A stretch of 64,000 bases of DNA from Escherichia coli (GTDB lineage: Bacteria; Pseudomonadota; Gammaproteobacteria; Enterobacterales; Enterobacteriaceae), in assembly GCF_044324875.1 (NCBI RefSeq), contig NZ_CP172185.1; one strand, 5' to 3'. The translations under genes and the position numbers were made by a program. Under the pieces are notes generated by a model. That model saw only the letters and a program-made list of their open reading frames with translations. It ran no database searches and was not told where the DNA came from. How positions within the stretch are numbered: the stretch's first letter is position 1; each line of letters starts with the position of its first letter. Below are positions 57,732-64,000 of this stretch, one piece after another.

Positions 57732-57762
57732 AAAACGGGAGGCGAAGGTGCCTCCCGTTTTG
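57732..57762. terminator. bidirectional intrinsic terminator between convergent envZ and pck
   Basis: cgggagg...cctcccg stem followed by ttttg and preceded by an A-run. Confidence 0.8.
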
Positions 57763-57805
57763 CTTTCTATAAGATACTGGATAGATATTCTCCAGCTTCA
57801 AACCA

Positions 57806-59428
57806 TTACAGTTTCGGACCTGCTTCTACCAGCGCGGCACCCGCAGGGGTGTCGGTGTATTTATCGAAGTTGTCGATAAACAGTTTCGCCAGGGTTTCAG
57901 CTTTTTCCTGCCACTGTTCCGGAGAAGCGTAGGTATTACGCGGATCGAGGATCCTGGTGTCTACGCCCGGCAGTTCAGTTGGGATCGCCAGGTTAAACAT
58001 CGGCAAAGTGAAGGTTTCTGCGTTATCCAGCGAACCGTTGAGGATGGCGTCGATAATGGCGCGGGTATCTTTAATGGAGATACGTTTGCCAGTGCCGTTC
58101 CAGCCGGTGTTAACCAGATACGCCTGCGCGCCTGCCGCCTGCATACGTTTCACCAGCACTTCTGCGTACTGAGTCGGGTGCAGCGACAGGAATGCCGCGC
58201 CGAAGCAGGCAGAGAAAGTTGGCGTCGGTTCGGTGATGCCACGCTCAGTACCGGCCAGTTTGGCGGTGAAGCCAGAGAGGAAGTGGTACTGGGTTTGATC
58301 GGCCGTCAGACGAGAAACCGGTGGCAGCACACCAAAGGCGTCTGCGGTCAGGAAGATAACTTTCGTTGCGTGGCCCGCTTTGGAAACCGGCTTAACGATG
58401 TTATCGATGTGATAGATCGGATAAGAAACGCGGGTGTTCTCGGTTTTTGAACCATCATCAAAGTCGATAGTGCCATCTTCACGCACGGTGACGTTTTCCA
58501 GCAGCGCATCGCGACGGATAGCGTTGTAGATTTCAGGTTCCGCTTCTTTCGACAGCTTGATAGTTTTTGCGTAGCAGCCGCCTTCGAAGTTAAACACGCC
58601 GTCATCGTCCCAGCCGTGTTCGTCATCGCCAATCAGGCGACGTTTCGGGTCGGTGGAAAGGGTGGTTTTACCGGTGCCGGAAAGGCCGAAGAACACCGCA
58701 ACATCGCCTTTCTCGCCAACGTTGGCGGAGCAGTGCATAGAAGCGATACCTTTCAGCGGCAGCAGGTAGTTCATCATTGAGAACATCCCTTTCTTCATTT
58801 CGCCGCCGTACCAGGTGCCGCCAATCAGCTGCATGCGCTCGGTCAGGTTAAACGCCACGAAGTTTTCGGAATTCAGACCCTGTTCTTTCCACTGCGGGTT
58901 AGTGCACTTCGCGCCGTTCATAACGATAAAGTCTGGTTTGAAACCTGCCAGCTCTTCATCGCTCGGGCGAATAAACATGTTTTTGACAAAATGCGCCTGC
59001 CAGGCCACTTCGGTGATGAAACGGACGGAAAGACGAGTATCCGGGTTCGCACCACAGAAAGCGTCGACAACGAACAGACGTTTGCCGGAAAGCTGTTTGG
59101 TCACCAGGCTTTTCAGATGCTGCCAGGTTTCCGGAGAGAGAGGTTTGTTGTCGTTCTTACCTTTGCCTTTGTCTGCCCACCAGAAAGTATCGCGAGTGGT
59201 ATCGTCACGGACGATATACTTATCTTTTGGTGAACGACCGGTGAAGATCCCGGTATCGACGGCAACGGCACCCAGATTAGTTAACACCCCGCGCTCATAA
59301 CCTGTCAGGCTCGGATCGAGCTCTTCCTGATACAGCAGGTCGTAGCTTGGGTTGTAAACGATATCATGTACGTCACTGATACCATAAGCCTCGAGTTCTT
59401 GCGGGGTCAAACCATTGTTAACGCGCAT
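57806..59428 (-). CDS. pck: phosphoenolpyruvate carboxykinase (ATP)
   Basis: Conserved start [17 protein letters not shown]; kinase P-loop GLSGTGKTT; the ORF track extends 23 codons upstream. Confidence 0.95.
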   Translation of the reverse strand: MRVNNGLTPQELEAYGISDVHDIVYNPSYDLLYQEELDPSLTGYERGVLTNLGAVAVDTGIFTGRSPKDKYIVRDDTTRDTFWWADKGKGKNDNKPLSPETWQHLKSLVTKQLSGKRLFVVDAFCGANPDTRLSVRFITEVAWQAHFVKNMFIRPSDEELAGFKPDFIVMNGAKCTNPQWKEQGLNSENFVAFNLTERMQLIGGTWYGGEMKKGMFSMMNYLLPLKGIASMHCSANVGEKGDVAVFFGLSGTGKTTLSTDPKRRLIGDDEHGWDDDGVFNFEGGCYAKTIKLSKEAEPEIYNAIRRDALLENVTVREDGTIDFDDGSKTENTRVSYPIYHIDNIVKPVSKAGHATKVIFLTADAFGVLPPVSRLTADQTQYHFLSGFTAKLAGTERGITEPTPTFSACFGAAFLSLHPTQYAEVLVKRMQAAGAQAYLVNTGWNGTGKRISIKDTRAIIDAILNGSLDNAETFTLPMFNLAIPTELPGVDTRILDPRNTYASPEQWQEKAETLAKLFIDNFDKYTDTPAGAALVEAGPKL

Positions 59429-59806
59429 TTCACTGCTCCTTAGCCAATATGTATTGCCTGAATAGTAAAGTCTTTTTGGGGGTGTTAACCGCGACAAGGC
59501 TCATAGATTTACGTATCTGGAGAAATTCATATTTGACAAAAAACTCCGTGATTCCTGTCACGAAACGGTTGCTATTATCGCAGAAATAGCATTTTAGGTG
59601 TGGAAAATGTTCTTAAAAGGTTAAATCTTGGTTTATATGGCGGGAATATTGTGAGTGGAATCGCATTCCGGAATGAAATTGATGCAAATTCAATCGGTAA
59701 AGTATCGATTCACCACGCTAACTTTTTTTGATTATTTTCTGAAAAAAGCAAAATACTACGGCCCGGATGCGATAATTAACCCACGTTTTGATTCTGGATA
59801 ACTAAC

Positions 59807-61531
59807 ATGGATAACGTTGAACTTTCACCCGCAACACGCTGGGGGATGATTGCTACCGGATTACTTCAGGGTCTGGTTTGCTACCTACTGATCGCCTGGC
59901 TTGCCGGAAAAAATCTCAGTTGGATTGTTTATGGCGTGCCTGCGACCGTCGCGTTTTCATCCGTTTTACTCTTCTCCGTGATCTCCTTTAAACAGAAGCG
60001 CCTTTGGGGATGGCTGGCGCTGGTGTTTATTGCCACGCTAGGGATGAGCGGTTGGCTAAAGTGGCAAATTGATGGCATGAACCCCTGGAGAGCTGAAAAG
60101 GCGCTTTGGGATTTTGGCTGCTATCTGCTGCTGATGGCAATGTTGTTGCTACCGTGGATACAACAAAGCCTTCGCATCCGCAATGACAGTAGCCGCTATC
60201 GCTATTTTTACCAGTCAGTATGGCATAACGTACTTATATTACTGGTGATTTTTCTCGCCAATGGCCTGACATGGCTGGTACTTTTACTGTGGGGCGAGTT
60301 GTTTAAACTTGTTGGCATCACGTTTTTCAAAACGATCTTTTTTGCAACCGACTGGTTTATTTATCTCACGTTAGGTCTGGTTACCGCACTGGCGGTGATC
60401 CTCGCGCGTACACAGTCACGTTTAATCGACTCTATTCAAAAGTTGTTCACGTTAATCGCCACGGGGTTGCTGCCGTTAGTATCATTGCTAACCCTGATGT
60501 TTATCATCACCCTGCCGTTTACGGGCCTGAGCGCGATTTCTCGCCACATTTCCGCCGCCGGGTTGCTGTTGACGCTGGCCTTTTTGCAATTGATCTTAAT
60601 GGCTATTGTCCGCGATCCGCAAAAATCGTCACTTCCCTGGACGGGGCCGTTGCGTTGCCTGATTAAAACCGCTCTGCTGGCTGCTCCGCTGTATGTGTTC
60701 GTCGCCGCCTGGGCGTTATGGCTGCGGGTCGCTCAGTACGGCTGGACTGTCGACCGCTTGCAGGGCGCGCTGGCAGTGCTGGTGTTACTGGTATGGTCGC
60801 TGGGGTATTTTGTCAGTATCGTCTGGCGTAAAGGGCAAAACCCCCTTGTTCTTCAGGGCAAAGTGAACCTTGCGGTTTCGTTATTGGTGTTGGTAATACT
60901 GGTGCTTCTTAATTCTCCGGTGCTGGACAGTATGCGCATTAGCGTGAACAGTCATATGGCGCGTTATCAGAGCGGCAAAAACACGCCAGACCAGGTAAGT
61001 CTCTATATGCTCGAACAGAGCGGTCGCTATGGACGTGCGGCGCTTGAGTCGCTGAAAAGCGATGCCGGGTTTATGAAAGACCCGAAACGCGCGCGGGATC
61101 TGTTGATGGCGTTAGATGGAGAGCAACATCTTCAGCAACAGATATCGGAAAAAGTATTAGCCGAAAATGTGTTAATTGCCCCTGGTTCTGGTAAACCGGA
61201 TGCGACATTCTGGTCGGCCTTAATCCAGGATCGCTATAACGTGATGACCTGTATTGAAAAAGACGCCTGCGTACTGGTCGAGCAAGATCTGAATAGTGAT
61301 GGCAGGGCAGAGCGGATCCTCTTTGCCTTTGATGATGAAAGATACATTGTCTATGGCTTTGATCCTGACAAGAAAGAATGGCAAGAGCTTACGATGAGTT
61401 TACTTCCGCGTGATATAACGAAAGAAAAATTACTCACAGCTGCGAAGGATGGAAAACTGGGAACGAAGCCTAAAGCGTGGCGCGATCTTGTAGTGGATGG
61501 TGAAAGGCTGGATGTGAATCTGAATGAGTGA
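59807..61531 (+). CDS. yhgE: inner membrane protein of unknown function
   Basis: 574-aa ORF with hydrophobic N-terminal two-thirds; position matches K-12 yhgE. Confidence 0.85.
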   Translation: MDNVELSPATRWGMIATGLLQGLVCYLLIAWLAGKNLSWIVYGVPATVAFSSVLLFSVISFKQKRLWGWLALVFIATLGMSGWLKWQIDGMNPWRAEKALWDFGCYLLLMAMLLLPWIQQSLRIRNDSSRYRYFYQSVWHNVLILLVIFLANGLTWLVLLLWGELFKLVGITFFKTIFFATDWFIYLTLGLVTALAVILARTQSRLIDSIQKLFTLIATGLLPLVSLLTLMFIITLPFTGLSAISRHISAAGLLLTLAFLQLILMAIVRDPQKSSLPWTGPLRCLIKTALLAAPLYVFVAAWALWLRVAQYGWTVDRLQGALAVLVLLVWSLGYFVSIVWRKGQNPLVLQGKVNLAVSLLVLVILVLLNSPVLDSMRISVNSHMARYQSGKNTPDQVSLYMLEQSGRYGRAALESLKSDAGFMKDPKRARDLLMALDGEQHLQQQISEKVLAENVLIAPGSGKPDATFWSALIQDRYNVMTCIEKDACVLVEQDLNSDGRAERILFAFDDERYIVYGFDPDKKEWQELTMSLLPRDITKEKLLTAAKDGKLGTKPKAWRDLVVDGERLDVNLNE

Positions 61532-61561
61532 CAAAGCGCATCAGGTGTATTAGTCGTAAAA

Positions 61562-61585
61562 TCCGGCAGAGCTCTCTCTGCCGGA
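61562..61585 (-). terminator. intrinsic terminator of hslO
   Basis: tccggcagag-ctct-ctctgccgga stem followed by a U-run on the minus strand. Confidence 0.7.
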
Positions 61586-61593
61586 CATACTCA

Positions 61594-62472
61594 TTAATGA
61601 ACTTGCGGATCTGCCGGGGACGCGTTGTTGCGGATTTCAGCAATATCCATCGCATTGAACAGATAGTGGTTACCGCAGTAATCGCAATGCATGTCAATTT
61701 CGCCATCTTCCGCCAGGATGCTATCGACTTCTTCATCCGGCAGCGTTTTTAGCGCGTCGGCGCAACGTTCACGCGAGCAGGTGCATTTGAACTCCACATC
61801 CTGCGGATCGTAAACCGTCACCTCTTCTTCGTGATACAAACGCCACAACACTTCGTTTGCCGGTAAGGTCAACAGTTCTTCGGTTTTGATGGTTTCGGTT
61901 AGCGTCGCCAGGTGGTCAAAGTCGTCCTGCTGGGCATTTTGCGCAGGCATTACCTGCAACAACATACCGCCTGCAGCCGGTTTGCCGTCTACGTCGCCGG
62001 TGCGAATAAAAAGGCGCGTCGGCAGCTGTTCAGAACGCATAAAGTAATCTTCCAGGCAGGCCGCCAGGGTATCACCTTCCAGACCCACCACGCCCTGATA
62101 GCGTTCACCTTCGCTTGGGGTGATGGTGATCACCACGTAACCATTGCCGACCAGCGTTTTCAGGTCGGCATTTTCTGGAATTTCTCCCTGCACGCGCGCT
62201 ACACCGCGCATCTGCTGGTTGTTGTTACCGTTAATAACCGCCAGATTCATCGGACCGTCGCCTTGCAGCTGTACGGTGATATCACCATCAAACTTCAGCG
62301 TAGCGGTTAACAGGCTGGTCGCAACCAGCAGTTCTGCCAGCACGTTTTTAACGGGTTGCGGATAATCGTGATTCTCAAGGATCTGTTGCAGGGTTTCCGA
62401 AACGGTTACCAGTTCGCCGCGCACGGCAAAGTTTTCAAACAGATAGCGATGTAATTGGTCATGTTGCGGCAT
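61594..62472 (-). CDS. hslO: redox-regulated chaperone Hsp33
   Basis: Start [21 protein letters not shown]-terminal zinc centre CTCSRERC...CDYCGNHY. Confidence 0.95.
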   Translation of the reverse strand: MPQHDQLHRYLFENFAVRGELVTVSETLQQILENHDYPQPVKNVLAELLVATSLLTATLKFDGDITVQLQGDGPMNLAVINGNNNQQMRGVARVQGEIPENADLKTLVGNGYVVITITPSEGERYQGVVGLEGDTLAACLEDYFMRSEQLPTRLFIRTGDVDGKPAAGGMLLQVMPAQNAQQDDFDHLATLTETIKTEELLTLPANEVLWRLYHEEEVTVYDPQDVEFKCTCSRERCADALKTLPDEEVDSILAEDGEIDMHCDYCGNHYLFNAMDIAEIRNNASPADPQVH

Positions 62473-62496
62473 AATCATCTCTCTTGCAGGTGACAG

Positions 62497-62898
62497 TTAT
62501 TCACTGTCGCCGTGTTTAAATCGTAACAGGTCGCGGCGCTCTTTTTTGTCCGGGCGTCGGTCCGGGTGCGGCATGGTTAAGGCATTAAGTTTACGTGCCA
62601 GCGCCATTTTTTCGCGTTTCTCTACACTTTCCGCAGTCTCTTCATACAGCAAGGCTGCCTCGCTGGCGGGGCGACGCTGTTCAGTAATCGCCTTTACAAT
62701 CACCGTGCGTTCGTCATTTCCCTGGCGCAGAGTGAGCGTGGCATTCAGCTCGACGATTTTGCTCGGCTTGCTGCGCTGCCCGTTGTAATGCACCTTACCG
62801 CCTTCAATCATTTCACGGGCCAGCGCGCGGGTTTTATAAAAACGGGCAGCCCATAGCCATTTATCCAGTCGAACCTCAACAGCAGGTTTTTCTTTCAT
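62497..62898 (-). CDS. hslR: ribosome-associated heat shock protein Hsp15
   Basis: 133-aa basic S4-domain ORF. Confidence 0.95.
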   Translation of the reverse strand: MKEKPAVEVRLDKWLWAARFYKTRALAREMIEGGKVHYNGQRSKPSKIVELNATLTLRQGNDERTVIVKAITEQRRPASEAALLYEETAESVEKREKMALARKLNALTMPHPDRRPDKKERRDLLRFKHGDSE

Positions 62899-62908
62899 GG
62901 CGTCTCCT

Positions 62909-63577
62909 TCACATTAGCGAGGGGATCAGGCGGCGGTAGTCATTCAGTGACGGATGGCGTTGATACTGTTTCTCGGCAATCCCGGAATCAGGATTAGTCA
63001 CGCCGAGGCAGTAACGAATACCAAATTGCGCGGCAGCATCGAGAATCGCTTCGCTGTCATCAATAAACAGCGTTCTTTCAGCTTTCAGACCCGTAGCTTC
63101 GGCCACCGCATGCCATAACCGCTGATCCTCTTTCGGATAACCAAATGTGTGGGTGGAAAGTAATAAATCAAGGTGTGCGTCCAGACCGGTATGCTCAAGT
63201 TTTACCGCCAGGTTGTGCGGATGAGCATTGGTGAGCAAAATTCGCTGCTTACCGCTGGCTTTCAGTGCCTCAAGAAACGGAATGGTATCTTCACGCAGTA
63301 CGGCACGCGGTCCCATCTCGGTGGTCATCGCACAGATATCCAGACCCAGTTGCTCACTCCAGTAATCAAGACAGTACCAGTTTAGCGTATGCTGTACGTC
63401 GTGATATTGCTGGCGCATATATTCCATCGCTTCCTGTGGCGTAACCCCGTTTTTCGCGCCCCATGTTTCAGGCACCAGCTTTTGCCAGAAATAGTTATCG
63501 AAGGCGAGGTCGAGCAACGTGCCGTCCATATCCAGCAGAACGGTATCTACGTCCTGCCAGGCAATGTTGATATGCAT
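62909..63577 (-). CDS. yrfG: HAD-family nucleotidase
   Basis: Conserved start MHINIAWQDVDTVLLDMDGTLLD (HAD motif I); the ORF track extends 15 codons upstream. Confidence 0.9.
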   Translation of the reverse strand: MHINIAWQDVDTVLLDMDGTLLDLAFDNYFWQKLVPETWGAKNGVTPQEAMEYMRQQYHDVQHTLNWYCLDYWSEQLGLDICAMTTEMGPRAVLREDTIPFLEALKASGKQRILLTNAHPHNLAVKLEHTGLDAHLDLLLSTHTFGYPKEDQRLWHAVAEATGLKAERTLFIDDSEAILDAAAQFGIRYCLGVTNPDSGIAEKQYQRHPSLNDYRRLIPSLM

Positions 63578-63641
63578 GAGGGAAATCTCCAGAGTGAAGC
63601 AATTTGCGCGACAGGGTAGCATAACCTGCCGCGCAAACGTG

Positions 63642-64000
63642 TTATTCGATAAGGCTTTCTGAAGGGGTGATCAGTTGCGGGTTCAGGCAGCTTTCATAAT
63701 AGGCCTGAATCTTCATCATGCGAGTACGATGACGCTGGTAACGACGCCAGGCCTGTACGCCATTATAAATGGCGCTACCCAGCATCGTCAGTAGCAGCAG
63801 TGTGGTGCTGAGATAGCGCCACAGGCCGGAACGATCCGGGATCGGATGAAGGCCTATATGCTGCGTACCATTGGCGTCAGTGAAGATTTTTGTGACGATA
63901 CCTTCGGCGTTAAACGGCGTATGCATCAGCATTTGTGCCAGTTTCTGGAAAGCGTTCCACTGTTCTTGCGGCGGGTAGTCGTAAAGTGATGCCGAAGGCC
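63642..64000 (-). CDS. igaA: IgaA-family membrane protein, C-terminal part (5' end beyond window)
   Basis: Open frame to the window edge ending ...ITPSESLIE; position matches yrfF/igaA. Confidence 0.8.
   Translation of the reverse strand, partial: PSASLYDYPPQEQWNAFQKLAQMLMHTPFNAEGIVTKIFTDANGTQHIGLHPIPDRSGLWRYLSTTLLLLTMLGSAIYNGVQAWRRYQRHRTRMMKIQAYYESCLNPQLITPSESLIE

Overview
This window is an Escherichia coli / Shigella-type chromosomal segment whose backbone matches, from memory, the K-12 region yhhX-yhhW-gntRKU-yhgN-asd-glgBXCAP ... glpD-glpEGR-rtcR-rtcBA-malT-malPQ-gntT-nfuA-gntX-bioH-yhgA(rpnA)-feoCBA-yhgF-greB-ompR-envZ-pck-yhgE-hslOR-yrfG-igaA, in reverse orientation to MG1655 numbering. 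Gene calls are from reading the six-frame translations against remembered protein sequences; no database search was run. The main non-backbone content is about 12 kb between glgP and glpD, where K-12 (as I recall) has only a short REP-containing spacer. That insert has two parts. The first (about 16556-24500) is an AT-rich island carrying a seven-gene chaperone-usher fimbrial operon: pilin, chaperone, usher, pilin, pilin, second chaperone, two-domain adhesin. The second (24576-28499) is an IS110-family element that I recognise as IS621-like, inserted into a REP. Its recombinase gene is split by a nested 2639-bp IS21-family element (istA/istB) flanked by a 7-bp target duplication, while its upstream non-coding region, where IS621 encodes its bridge RNA, is intact. 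Removing the IS21 copy and one duplication restores a 981-nt recombinase ORF and a 1278-bp element. A smaller oddity is a nonsense-interrupted fragment resembling the RpnA C-terminal tail just downstream of rpnA. Regulatory sites listed (GntR and GlpR operators, sigma-54 promoter of rtcBA, MalT box, Fur/FNR candidates, terminators, REPs) are sequence-pattern calls. No rRNA, tRNA or CRISPR array was seen.
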